Virus record (IMG/VR): IMGVR_UViG_3300020196_000016
Coordinates: 18,595-82,594 of that record
Reading direction: 5' to 3' (one strand)
Source of the DNA: a virus
Length of the DNA: 64,000 nt
Shown here: piece by piece, positions 8,795-18,865 of the stretch
Numbering within the stretch: the stretch's first letter is position 1
Layout of the letters: each line of letters starts with the position of its first letter
Made by a program: the position numbers and the translations under genes
The notes under the pieces: model-generated
What the model was told of the DNA's origin: nothing
What the model saw: only the letters and a program-made list of their open reading frames with translations
Databases searched by the model: none

Positions 8795-11440
8795 TTTCTA
8801 CCTGTTTCCCAAATCATTTGGTATTCAAAATTCTCTATCACTTTATCTTTAAGTAGATAAACACGAACATCATATCTGCCTGCTCTTACTGAATCAATAC
8901 TAAAACCTGGAATATCTATTTCTACATCTGTATATCTTGGATCAGTTCCTTTATGTATTGTTCGTTCATTAGAACATAAACCAAGTGATTTATCACTATA
9001 TCCACAAACATCTGGATATTTTGATTTTGTTTCAATATCAATAATGATAAGTGAATCAGTTTGTAATGAAATCCAAGCATTATTTACAAGAATTTCTCTT
9101 TCTTCTATCTTGATCATTCTTTCCTCATTGTTGATTACACATACAAATTTTATGTCCGCAACCATTACAACCCTGCGATTCCTGTTGTTCTAATGTGTTT
9201 AATTTTTGTTCCCAATCAATATATTCCATTATTTCTTTAATAAATTCTTCTTTATTGCCCACTATCGTTTTCAACTTAAATGTTAAACTCTTTTGTCCAT
9301 AAGAGTCAAAAACTTTTATCATATATCTATTAGCACTCACTTGTTCCTCATAATGTTAAAATTCGTGGTCCCCAGTTTGTGATACTATCAAAGTGTTTAG
9401 CACTCGTCAAGATAATACTTTCATAGTGGGAATAGAATATAATATGATCTTCTTTTTCTTCCATCACCCAACTTTGATCTAATAGTTCTCGGAATAGTTT
9501 TGCTACTTCTTTATAGTTTTGAAATTTAAAACCTATAACGGCATCACCATCTCCACCTTCTTCTATAATAAGAGAATAAATCCAATCAAATAGTTTATGG
9601 TTTGTATTAAATGTTGTATTCCAAGGGGCAATATCAGTCATTTTGGGATATTCGCTTTCACAATATAGTTTTCACAATCTTCTTTTGATGTTGAAGCAAA
9701 CTCTGGTGTATATGTTGGAACCTTTTTAAATTCATCATATACAAGTTCCATAAGTTGTTTTAAGTTGCTATATTTATCTGGGTTCTTATAAAATGTATCA
9801 AATGCTGTATTTACAGCAACTTTAACATCTTGAACATAACAAAGTGGTTTTAGTGGAATATCAGTCATTTATTCATCCATTCTTCAAGATCAACAATATC
9901 ATACCAATCGCGTTCTTGTCCATTCACAAATAGTTTTTTTCGTGTTTCTTTTGTTTGACCTTTTCTTGGACCCCTTAAAAAGTATTCGTCTATCTCTTCA
10001 AATTGGATTAGTTCTTCGGCTTCTTTATAAGAAGAATAACAACCAATCCAATCTTCTGTTCCTCTCCCTGGATAATAACCATAACCGGCAATCAATAAAA
10101 ACTTTTTCATTATGTTTTCTCCAAAAGTTCAATTCTATTTTTAAGATTTTTTATTACTTTCTTTGTAAAACTTATTTCATTTACCATTTTTTCTAATTTT
10201 GTTTCTTGTTGTGCTAATGCTTTTATTGAATCTTCTAAACAAATATTTAATTGAGTTTCAGACCACTTTTCTAACTCTTTGGCTGTTATTTTTTCTGTTA
10301 GAAACTTATTATGAAGTTCTTGTATAAATTCATCGCTAAAAGAAGGCATAGTTATTCTTTATCTCCAAACTTTTTCTTTAATCTTTCGTATTCTTTCTTA
10401 TCTTTTTCTTCTTTGTGTTGTTTTAGTTTATTTTTAAACCTTTTTGTTTTTTCTAACTCTTTCATTCTTTTTTGGTATTCTTTATCTGTTTCTTCTCTAT
10501 AACCTTTTATATGCCATTCTGCTGTTAGGTAGTCATCATCACTATACCAATCAACTATTAAATCGGTCCATTCACCTTTTGTTTCTGCTTCTTTTGCGGA
10601 TTGAAGAGAAGAAATAAGATTATCAATACCATCATCAGGATGGATAGTTCTGAATATATCATATACACGAATTTTATTGCTCATTCTTTATCCTCAATAA
10701 TCATATACTTTACTGATATTAATAAACCATAAATCAAGTTCAGTTATTTCAAGAGCATCATAATAAAACCTATTAAAACCAAGATGTTCCTTTCTTCGGA
10801 ATTGTTTTGGAACATAGGTAATACAATAGTTCCAGTTATTGTGTGTAATACCGAAATATTGTTGTTTTATAGAACCAATAAGCTTCATTCTTTATCCTCA
10901 ATCATAATCCGGATAAGTCCAGATAAGCCAATAATCGCTATAATTTGTTACTCCCGACCAAGTGTTCTTTTTATGAGGGGGAATAAGAACAAATCTTGCA
11001 CATTCAATCTTATTAGTCCATTCGGCAAATTCTTCAAGAGTATCAAATTCAAAAATTTCATCTTCTGGAATATTACCATAACCATTATTAGCAAAAGTAA
11101 ATTTCATTCTTTATCCTTTTTCAACGGGCAAGTATTACATACACAGAACATCCCATCAGGTTTTTTCATCATACTGAATACATAAACCATATTGGTGACA
11201 TTCTTTCATTTTCTTATCAAATTCAGTTTCCACTCTATCTCTAATGGTATTTAAATCTACCGGCGTATGTTCCAATGTAGCATTAAAAAGATAAGACGGA
11301 TATAGATCTGAATATTTAAAGTTTGTTCCACACTCTTCGTTGATTATTTCTACAAATTTACCGAATGAAATATCACCAGTCAAGTATTTTTGTAGAGGAC
11401 CATTAATAAAAGATTTAATAAGTTCTTCTTTGTTCTTCAT
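8791..11440 (-). other. Run of ~10 tightly packed small hypothetical ORFs
   Basis: Abutting or overlapping ORFs 8791-9165, 9125-9340, 9348-9641, 9638-9868, 9865-10110, 10110-10349, 10352-10684, 10694-10888, 10898-11107, 11156-11440, with RBSs. Confidence 0.75.
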
Positions 11441-11680
11441 TCTCCACCATATTCCTTTGAAAGTTTATACTTATCTCCACTTTTCTCTATGATACCAAGT
11501 TGTTGAAGAAACTTCAACCTTTCTTCAAGAGATAGTTTTTTAAATGTTTCTAAACCTTTTAGGTTTTTTTGGTATAGTTCTTCTTTATTCACATTTCACC
11601 AAAAAAGAATATAGGTGTAGATTTTTCACCACACCTATATCCTATATCAATTTTGAATCAACCCAGAAAGCAAAATGCTA

Positions 11681-12019
11681 TCAGGGTGAAGGTGAAGAAC
11701 TCTCCGATGCCACACGATTGTTTTGATCGTTCTGTTCAACGGAAGATACATTCTCCGATGACGAGTTCGTAGGGGAAGCGACAATACCATAGATTTCATT
11801 GAAATCACTCCGCTTGAAAACACGAGAAGGACGACCGGGCTTTCCTGACTTCACCATAGCAATAGCTTCAATGTTCTTTTCATTAAACTTTTTCTGGATT
11901 GTTAGTCGTGTATGACCTGAAATCTTTTCAGCTTCATCAAGAGTGATCATTGTTTCATTCATATCACTCATTACGATTGTTGGAATCTTACTCATATTAT
12001 TTCTCCTTTGTTTTAGCAA
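11681..12019 (-). CDS. Putative helix-turn-helix DNA-binding protein
   Basis: ITLDEAEKISGHTRLTIQKK...GRPSRVF pattern; real start probably MSKIP after the AAGGAG RBS. Confidence 0.55.
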   Translation of the reverse strand: MLKQRRNNMSKIPTIVMSDMNETMITLDEAEKISGHTRLTIQKKFNEKNIEAIAMVKSGKPGRPSRVFKRSDFNEIYGIVASPTNSSSENVSSVEQNDQNNRVASESSSPSP

Positions 12020-12038
12020 TCACAACTCTGGCAGATCA

Positions 12039-12067
12039 ATTTTAGCATGATCCTTGCTGGCTGTCAA
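12039..12067 (-). promoter_or_regulatory. Sigma70-type promoter
   Basis: TTGACA-17bp-TAAAAT, extended -10. Confidence 0.85.
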
Positions 12068-12068
12068 A

Positions 12069-12290
12069 CTAACCGTCAGCGATCTTATCAAGTGTATGCG
12101 GGAAGTGTTGGCCTTCTTTTTCCAATCTTTGCCAAAGAACAACAACATGATTATTTAGAACTTGAATCACAACACCAACATCATCCATATATGGAATATC
12201 TTTTGCTGGTGCTCTAATACCAACTTTCCTCAAATCATCATACGGCTTCAATCTTACAAGACAACCAACATGAAAATGTGTCTTCACCAT
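12069..12290 (-). CDS. GDL-like SH3-type small protein
   Basis: FHVGCLVRL...GVVI...VVVLW. Confidence 0.7.
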   Translation of the reverse strand: MVKTHFHVGCLVRLKPYDDLRKVGIRAPAKDIPYMDDVGVVIQVLNNHVVVLWQRLEKEGQHFPHTLDKIADG

Positions 12291-12359
12291 ACGGTATTCC
12301 TTGGAACAGAGATAAGGAAAGTGGAGCGTTGTTTAGACGCTCCACAATCCATTACACGA

Positions 12360-13625
12360 TTACTTACGCTGCTTCACTTCAACAGCGATAACCCGTTCAT
12401 TGGTCTTGAAGTACGGGTTTCGTGCATTATCTTCGTCAGTCATCCACATACGCTGACACTTTGACGGAATAGGCTTGGGAGCACACATATCGGTCAAGAT
12501 AATATGACCGTCAAAGTTCCGCTCATTCACAAATTTGGTGGGAGTATCAAAGTTCGTACCACCACAAAGAACACGCTCTGCCTTCTTCTTTTGACCCTTC
12601 TTCCAAACATAAACCTTATCTTCGGCAACACCATCATCAAATGGAATAACCGTGAACTCTGCAAGTTCAGCCAGATTATCAAGTTCAGCAAAGAACGTGA
12701 TAAGCATATTATCACTCACAGAACCCGACTGGTCAATACTGATCGCAATCTTTGCAGTACGATTCGTCTTGCGACCCGCATGAATATACGGGAAACGACG
12801 ATTGATCTTGCGAACACTATTCTGCTTATCTGCCTTCTGGCTGGTTTTGATAAAATACCGCAAGACCTTCTTCCAGTCAACCTTGGATTGAAGACGCTTG
12901 ATAATATCCTTACGCATGGACTGTGAGATCGTACCCCACGAACCAGAACGATTAGCCTCGTTTGCAGCTTCATTCATAGCTTGACGCAAACGCTCCTTTG
13001 CGAGTTCACGCACTTCTTGTGGAATGGGATTCTTTCCATCTTCACCCCATCCTTCATGGTCGTCAAAGCCACTACCATTACCTTCACCATCTTGTGGCTG
13101 TCCGCTTCCACCACCACCTTCACCATTACCTTGGCCTTCACCTTGACCATTACCTTGACCTTGTTCCTCTTGCTTTTCCTTGATCTTGTCAAAGTAAAAG
13201 TCAGCGGATTCACCGCGAACAAAATCAGGATATGGTGCCTTGCCGGGAAGCAAACACATATCCCAAAGATTCTTAATAGAATCCTTACATTCCTTTGGAA
13301 AAATCTCGCTGTTGATCGCAAGATCAGTAGCATGATTCCACATACGCATTTGCGACTTATCAGGCATACGTCCCGTGACGTGTTCCAGAATAAGATGCAT
13401 GAACTCGTGCTTCAACACGATCATAACTTCTTCATCACTCAACTTCTCAAAGAAGTCAGGATTGTAAAGCATCTCAAAGGTTCCCGAATCCGGGTTAATA
13501 CAAACACCGGCAGTCGGAATCCTATTGGTGGGATACTTTTCAATATGACGAGAAAGAGCCGCATAAAACGGTTCTTCCTTGAGATAACGAGCAAGATGAC
13601 GATTCAGATCATAGTTAGACGACAT
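12360..13625 (-). CDS. DUF2201-type putative metallopeptidase with VWA-like domain
   Basis: HEFMH zincin motif, WNHATDLAIN, Gly/Gln linker, IDQSGS MIDAS, GGT.F, ILTD. Confidence 0.88.
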   Translation of the reverse strand: MSSNYDLNRHLARYLKEEPFYAALSRHIEKYPTNRIPTAGVCINPDSGTFEMLYNPDFFEKLSDEEVMIVLKHEFMHLILEHVTGRMPDKSQMRMWNHATDLAINSEIFPKECKDSIKNLWDMCLLPGKAPYPDFVRGESADFYFDKIKEKQEEQGQGNGQGEGQGNGEGGGGSGQPQDGEGNGSGFDDHEGWGEDGKNPIPQEVRELAKERLRQAMNEAANEANRSGSWGTISQSMRKDIIKRLQSKVDWKKVLRYFIKTSQKADKQNSVRKINRRFPYIHAGRKTNRTAKIAISIDQSGSVSDNMLITFFAELDNLAELAEFTVIPFDDGVAEDKVYVWKKGQKKKAERVLCGGTNFDTPTKFVNERNFDGHIILTDMCAPKPIPSKCQRMWMTDEDNARNPYFKTNERVIAVEVKQRK

Positions 13626-13677
13626 TGTCTTTATCCTATTGTTGCGGGTTTCTATCTGTGATCTACTGCCAGCCCCT

Positions 13678-13706
13678 ATCATAACACGGCACGGGAAAAA
13701 AGGCAA
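13678..13706 (-). promoter_or_regulatory. Sigma70-type promoter
   Basis: TTGCCT-17bp-TATGAT, extended -10. Confidence 0.8.
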
Positions 13707-13890
13707 GCAGATTGTTCGGTTGTTATATAGTTATTCTTCGTCCGCTTCTGGATCTACTGGATGACCATACTGTTGAAGCACATTTTCAGCAATAGCCATA
13801 ATAATATCTAATGCTTCTGCTGAAGAATATGTTTCATCCTGTGCAACTTTAAAAATTTCCTGCAATGTTTCTACAACATCATCTTCCATA

Positions 13891-14079
13891 TTATTCCTCC
13901 AATAGTTTGGGTTTATTGAAATTAGTATCAAAAAAAACAGTTTTATTTATTCTTTGTAATAAAACTACTACTTGCATATTGCCGTAATAATCTACTATTT
14001 CTTCAATAACAAATCCTAATTCTTTTTTACCGTCATACTTTATTTCAACTAGTTTATGCAGATATTTAGATTTCTTCAT
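13891..14079 (-). CDS. Hypothetical protein starting 2 nt after the tRNA CCA
   Basis: MKKSKYLHK...; the ORF-track start lies inside the tRNA. Confidence 0.6.
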   Translation of the reverse strand: MKKSKYLHKLVEIKYDGKKELGFVIEEIVDYYGNMQVVVLLQRINKTVFFDTNFNKPKLLEE

Positions 14080-14081
14080 AG

Positions 14082-14158
14082 TGGTAGACCAGGTGGGAGT
14101 TGCACCCACGACATTCCGCTTATAAGACGGACTCTCTAACTAACTGAGATACTGGTCC
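14082..14158 (-). tRNA. tRNA-Ile(UAU)
   Basis: GGACCAG acceptor stem, anticodon loop CT-TAT-AA, encoded CCA; T-loop reads TGCAACT. Confidence 0.88.
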
Positions 14159-14161
14159 ATA

Positions 14162-14440
14162 TTATAGTTTGTGATAGTTGAAATAAAACTTTTCAAGATC
14201 AGTTGTGTAAATACATTTCATTTTCTGTGAATAGCATTGTACCAACTTTACATCTTTAAGAACATTTACATTTTGCGGAGATACAAGACCCATTACAATA
14301 ACAACATCATCTTTTTCCATTCTAATCAATTCAAAATTATTAGACGGCTTCAAGATATTATATTCATTATGACGAATCCAGAAAGAGCCGGGACAAACAC
14401 TATTCTGGAAAGTGCTTTTCATTCTATTCTTGCGTCCCAT
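14162..14440 (-). CDS. Hypothetical protein
   Basis: AGGTG RBS, intact ORF. Confidence 0.65.
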   Translation of the reverse strand: MGRKNRMKSTFQNSVCPGSFWIRHNEYNILKPSNNFELIRMEKDDVVIVMGLVSPQNVNVLKDVKLVQCYSQKMKCIYTTDLEKFYFNYHKL

Positions 14441-14447
14441 ATATCAC

Positions 14448-14681
14448 CTATTTTGCTACTGGATATACAATAACTTCTTTGTTTCTTACCCAATCATTTA
14501 GCAAAGAAAAGCCGACTTTATTATCTTTTGTCTGATCGTAATTATCATAATATTCCCAATGAAAAAGATAATATCCTCCACCATACCAATCATTGTTATT
14601 GATTCTATCAATTATAACACCATTGTATACCAGAAACATTGGATTGTTGACTATCACTAAATCGCCAACATCATATTTCAT
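14448..14681 (-). CDS. GDL...PV family small protein
   Basis: MKYDVGDLV...IVYPVAK. Confidence 0.85.
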   Translation of the reverse strand: MKYDVGDLVIVNNPMFLVYNGVIIDRINNNDWYGGGYYLFHWEYYDNYDQTKDNKVGFSLLNDWVRNKEVIVYPVAK

Positions 14682-14917
14682 ACAGAAATAACTTTCCACT
14701 TTCCGAACTTGATAAGTTGCTTGATTGTGGATGGATCAGCACCCCACTCTTTATGATCTCCAACATTCCAAAGCATAATATAGTGATACAGCTTATCGTC
14801 CGGGACACGAAGAACAACACCGGTACCACCAGTATCACTTTGGATCAAATCACCAACTTTGATATTGAGATTATTGTTTTCAGTCATATTTAACCCAATA
14901 TTAGAAGTCAAAATCAA
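14678..14917 (-). CDS. GDL-family small protein
   Basis: NIKVGDLI...WKVISV; real start probably MTENN. Confidence 0.75.
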   Translation of the reverse strand: MILTSNIGLNMTENNNLNIKVGDLIQSDTGGTGVVLRVPDDKLYHYIMLWNVGDHKEWGADPSTIKQLIKFGKWKVISV

Positions 14918-15239
14918 GAGAGCGATTCAAACGAATATTAAACGGAGTTTCCCAAGTTCCCTTTGATGTATAATCATTATCATCTTCACCAAGAACGTGA
15001 TATGAATAATCATCTTGATTAAGATCTTCAAGTTCTTCAATAAATTCATTTACTGCCTTGACTTCCGGATAATCATCATACCACTTTACATCGTGAAACT
15101 CAACAAGTTTCCAGCCATTACATTCATGAATCTTGGAACCATCAATAAAGTTAGCAGCAACACGATCTTCCATTGTCTTGATAAGTTCAGAGAACCTTTC
15201 ATCTTTGAGAGCAAGAAGAACATCACTACGATAACCCAT
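14901..15239 (-). CDS. Hypothetical phage protein (MGYRSDV type)
   Basis: GGAG RBS before ATG 15239; VKWYDDYPEV and LGED motifs. Confidence 0.75.
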   Translation of the reverse strand: MGYRSDVLLALKDERFSELIKTMEDRVAANFIDGSKIHECNGWKLVEFHDVKWYDDYPEVKAVNEFIEELEDLNQDDYSYHVLGEDDNDYTSKGTWETPFNIRLNRSLDFDF

Positions 15240-15445
15240 ATTATCTCCGGTAGTTAGTGTTAAAGAAATGGTGGATATATCTAACGCTTTCCACCGAAAC
15301 GTCTTACCAGATATGGTATAATGATATAACGCCAAAGACACTTGACGGGAGAACACAATAATGTAGCCTACTATGCTAGTTGACTCCTATTCACATAGTA
15401 AGTATCATAAACACAGTCATGTCATAATCATGCTCATGTTTATAC

Positions 15446-15531
15446 TGGTGCCGAGAGTGGGACTTGAACCCACAAGATATTGCTATCAGAAGTTTTTGAG
15501 ACTTCCGTGTATACCATTCCACCATCTCGGC
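15446..15531 (-). tRNA. tRNA-Leu(CAA)
   Basis: GCCGAGA acceptor, anticodon loop CT-CAA-AA, long variable arm, GGTTCAAGTCC, CCA. Confidence 0.93.
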
Positions 15532-15562
15532 ATAACCCTATCTGTATAAGATAGGGTATTTT

Positions 15563-15825
15563 TTAGGCAAGAGTCAATAGGCAATTCTTAAAAATCTTTA
15601 CAACACGAATATCAGTAAAATCAACTACATCTCCACCCTCAAGAGCCACAATATTATCATCGGTTGTGAAAATCCAAGCAGCACCTTCATCACAAATAAT
15701 AACATCACCTGGCTCTGGTTCAGGAACTTATTGATTTGATTAATTTTAGTAAGCAGATCGTTATCTGCAATACTAACTCGGAATTGAATTTCTTTGAATG
15801 ACTTATTTTTTTGTTTATTGATAAT
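15563..15825 (-). pseudogene. infC: Truncated translation initiation factor IF3 C-domain (ATT start) joined out of frame to another gene's 3' end
   Basis: AGGAG RBS, ATT start, KEIQFRVSIADNDLLTKINQINKFL resembles the IF3 C-domain; similarity stops at 15721. Confidence 0.6.
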
Positions 15826-16013
15826 ATAATACTCCTTTGTTAATAATATACCGACGCCAATTCTGGCCTGACATTCTCAATAACAATCTCATCTTCTGGA
15901 ACACTTACACTAATAACTCGTTCATGCTGAACGGTATCAGTATCACCGTGAACAAAAGAAGCGAGAAGAATAAAAAACTTACTAAACATATCTCTTTCTC
16001 CTTTATAATACAA

Positions 16014-16089
16014 TGGTGGATCGGGTGGGGGTCGAACCCACGACCAATAGATTAAAAGTCTACTGCTCTACCAACTGAGCTACCAATCC
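16014..16089 (-). tRNA. tRNA-Lys(UUU)
   Basis: Canonical cloverleaf, anticodon loop CT-TTT-AA, GGTTCGAC, CCA. Confidence 0.95.
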
Positions 16090-16172
16090 AAAAAAGAATC
16101 CGTTTTTATCACAGAACGGATAAACTGTTTAGTGTTTTGCGGTTCAGAGTTTACACTAACAACTCCATTATC

Positions 16173-17234
16173 TCACTTCGGCTTCTTACCAGTCAGCAGT
16201 TCCGAAAGAAACTTGGAAGGCGAAGTTCCATCAACATTGATCTGGTGAAGAGCAGTAGTATTTTCCACCATACCCTTACCAAGAACATGCCACATCTTCA
16301 TAGCAGCTTCGGAAGGCAAGCTGATGAAATACCGTGCAAGATTCTCCAACTGATCCTTGGGCATCTTCTTTGCAAGGAAACCCTTGGCCTCAATCTTATC
16401 AATAAGAGCACAATGCTCAATGATACCAAACTTCTTCACCTTATCAAACTTACCATTGACGATAACGTCTTCGGGCGTAACCTGACGATCATACTTCTCC
16501 ACGAAGTCGTGAAGGGCAATCGCAGCCTCATAACCAACAAAACCAACTGCGATATTGCGAATATCCTTCATGTTGTTTTCGCTGAACATATCAGCAGAAG
16601 TCAACACATCATTACAACGCTTCCACGAACGACGAGAAGGATACACCTTATTGGGTTCAAAGTCACCCTTATGCTCAAGGTGTTCACGATTCAGATTGAT
16701 GAAATCGTAAACAAACTGATTAGTATTGTTCTTCGCCCAAGTGAGCCAATCTTCCACAGTAGGCGCAAGATCAAAGGTAGTCCACCGATCAAGTTCGGCG
16801 GGGTCCATCTCACCAACCTGATATTGTGCTCCGCTTTCGCCACCGTTGACAGCGGCAACAATAAGCGTATCGGGATGGAGAGTATGACCGTTCAGCTTAC
16901 GAGAATCAGTAAGTTCAAAGATACCTTGACGAACTTCAATAACTGCACGATCAACTTCATCAAGGAAGAGGAGAACGGCATTATTACACGCCATCTTGAA
17001 CCAGTCCGGGGGATTCCACTTGGTAGAATCACCGGAGATCACGGGCAACCCAACAAGATCACCCTCGGTCATCTGTGATGCACGGCGTTCAACAACCGGA
17101 AGATTCCTTTCCGCTGCAATCTGATACACAACTTGCGACTTGCCAATACCGTGACGACCACGGAGAAGAAGCGGCAACTTATTATCCAGAATCGGCTTAG
17201 CGATACGGAAGAAAGTATTGAAATCGAGCTGCAT
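16173..17234 (-). CDS. MoxR-like AAA+ ATPase
   Basis: Walker A GRHGIGKS, Walker B LLFLDEVDRA, MDPAELDRW, PSRRSW. Confidence 0.9.
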   Translation of the reverse strand: MQLDFNTFFRIAKPILDNKLPLLLRGRHGIGKSQVVYQIAAERNLPVVERRASQMTEGDLVGLPVISGDSTKWNPPDWFKMACNNAVLLFLDEVDRAVIEVRQGIFELTDSRKLNGHTLHPDTLIVAAVNGGESGAQYQVGEMDPAELDRWTTFDLAPTVEDWLTWAKNNTNQFVYDFINLNREHLEHKGDFEPNKVYPSRRSWKRCNDVLTSADMFSENNMKDIRNIAVGFVGYEAAIALHDFVEKYDRQVTPEDVIVNGKFDKVKKFGIIEHCALIDKIEAKGFLAKKMPKDQLENLARYFISLPSEAAMKMWHVLGKGMVENTTALHQINVDGTSPSKFLSELLTGKKPK

Positions 17235-17312
17235 TGTTTTCTCTCTCTAGTTTATCGTTATCTGACTTAGATCATCGTGCGGGATTGCCCGGTGATCTTT
17301 CCGACCCGTTGC

Positions 17313-17341
17313 ATCATAGCATGGATCGCGTTCGCTGTCAA
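17313..17341 (-). promoter_or_regulatory. Sigma70-type promoter
   Basis: TTGACA-17bp-TATGAT, extended -10. Confidence 0.88.
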
Positions 17342-17378
17342 CACACACTAACTTGCTTACAGTATAAAATACAGTAAG

Positions 17379-17453
17379 TGGAGCCAACGACAGGATTTGA
17401 ACCTGTATCTCGCACATTACAAAAGTGGAGTTTTACCGTTAAACTACATTGGC
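17379..17453 (-). tRNA. tRNA-Thr(UGU), anticodon stem imperfect
   Basis: GCCAATG acceptor, loop TT-TGT-AA, GGTTCAAATCC, CCA; two mismatches in the anticodon stem. Confidence 0.75.
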
Positions 17454-17498
17454 GTGATTGGTGTTTTTATTAAGTAGAACACCAAAACTACAATACCA

Positions 17499-18209
17499 TT
17501 ACTTTTTCAAATGCTCAACAGCATAGTTAATATCTAAATGATTACCATATTCCGCACAAATACGCTGAACAACTTCTTTATCTTTCACCCATGCTTCTTC
17601 ATCATCCAGATCATAGTGACCGGGAGACACAACCTTGAAACCAACGGTATTACGATACCACCGTTCGGTGGGTGCTTCTTTGCCAAGAATAAACCAATTC
17701 GGAACATGCAAATAGTTTTCTGCAAGACGCTTGCCACCATAATCATAAACATCCAAGAACTGGATTTTTACAACTTGAGAACCACTCTCTTTGTTTGGAC
17801 TTCTGACGTCTTCAAAACTAATATCAATAACAAGAGCCATCTTGTCCTTTAGATCATAATGATAAAACCCATGATTATCATAACCAGAAGTATTATCAAC
17901 ACTAACAAGAGCACCGGGAGCAATACCCTTGTCCTTCACAATATTCCTATAGAACTTACGACGATAATCTTGATTGATATCAGCAACCACAATCATATCA
18001 CTCATGATATGAGAACAGGTCTTACGATTATGACCTTCGGTGTTGCAATATGAACACTTGCGGTGTTTCCCTCTTTCCAGTCGTGCCTTTTCATTTTGAG
18101 CGGAATAACTGTTTGGATTATTCTTGATGTATTCTTTGAGTTTGGGACAACCATTACGGTTATGACCAGATGCTCCACAATAACGACAATGAATTGAACG
18201 ACGATACAT
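17499..18209 (-). CDS. Protein with two CCHC zinc knuckles
   Basis: CRYCGASGHNRNGC and CSYCNTEGHNRKTC. Confidence 0.85.
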   Translation of the reverse strand: MYRRSIHCRYCGASGHNRNGCPKLKEYIKNNPNSYSAQNEKARLERGKHRKCSYCNTEGHNRKTCSHIMSDMIVVADINQDYRRKFYRNIVKDKGIAPGALVSVDNTSGYDNHGFYHYDLKDKMALVIDISFEDVRSPNKESGSQVVKIQFLDVYDYGGKRLAENYLHVPNWFILGKEAPTERWYRNTVGFKVVSPGHYDLDDEEAWVKDKEVVQRICAEYGNHLDINYAVEHLKK

Positions 18210-18267
18210 ATCGTATCCACCTTTCTACTATATTGTTTCTGCTTGTGATCTTGTGTGGGTTTCCAGC

Positions 18268-18296
18268 ATTGTATCACGAACGGTGGAAAACCGCAA
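18268..18296 (-). promoter_or_regulatory. Sigma70-type promoter
   Basis: TTGCGG-17bp-TACAAT, extended -10. Confidence 0.8.
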
Positions 18297-18580
18297 GCAC
18301 AAAGATCGGTTATTGTATTATTACTTAATAAGAAGAATACCAGCGGTATGATTCATGTTCTTCTGCGCTCAAATGAGTTCTTTCATAGATAGATTTTTGT
18401 TCCAAGGAATATACAAAATTATCAACACAAAGTTCTATTGTTATTCCTTTACCTTGGATTTTGCCAGCAGCAGAAATAGGTTTGCCTTCCACGAAACTCT
18501 TATTCTCCAATACAAATTGGCCGTTAACATAATCTAATACAACTCCATCTCCGGTTGATTTGATAAAGTCTTCAATCTTT

Positions 18581-18865
18581 TTATGGAACATTCTTTTTTA
18601 CCCTTAACTTTTTTAGTCTATTATGTTTGATAATTGATTTGCCACTTTTTGGAACAAACCTTTGCCAATGAACATTGATAAGCCAACAACTATTACCTTT
18701 TTTTACTTCTAAAACAACACCAATATCGTCTTTTTCATATTTATAAAAACGAACAAGCTGTAATGCTTTTGCTCTCATTTGCACGAAATCACCAACTTGG
18801 AATGGTGGTATTTCTTCTGAACTTTTATTTGTCTCACTCATTAATTTTATAGCCAATTTCCTCAA
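18581..18865 (-). CDS. GDL-like SH3-type small protein
   Basis: FQVGDFVQM...IGVVLEV...INVHW. Confidence 0.7.
   Translation of the reverse strand: MRKLAIKLMSETNKSSEEIPPFQVGDFVQMRAKALQLVRFYKYEKDDIGVVLEVKKGNSCWLINVHWQRFVPKSGKSIIKHNRLKKLRVKKNVP

Noticed and set aside
13626-13706. ORF-track N-terminal extensions (also 8495-8539, 15240-15356, 31509-31562, 63939-63995)
   Set aside because: They overlap promoters or non-coding leaders; downstream ATGs have proper RBSs.
15841-15990. Frameshift at the T run near 15975
   Set aside because: The run is six Ts, giving an intact ~49-aa ORF (MFSKFFILLASF...).
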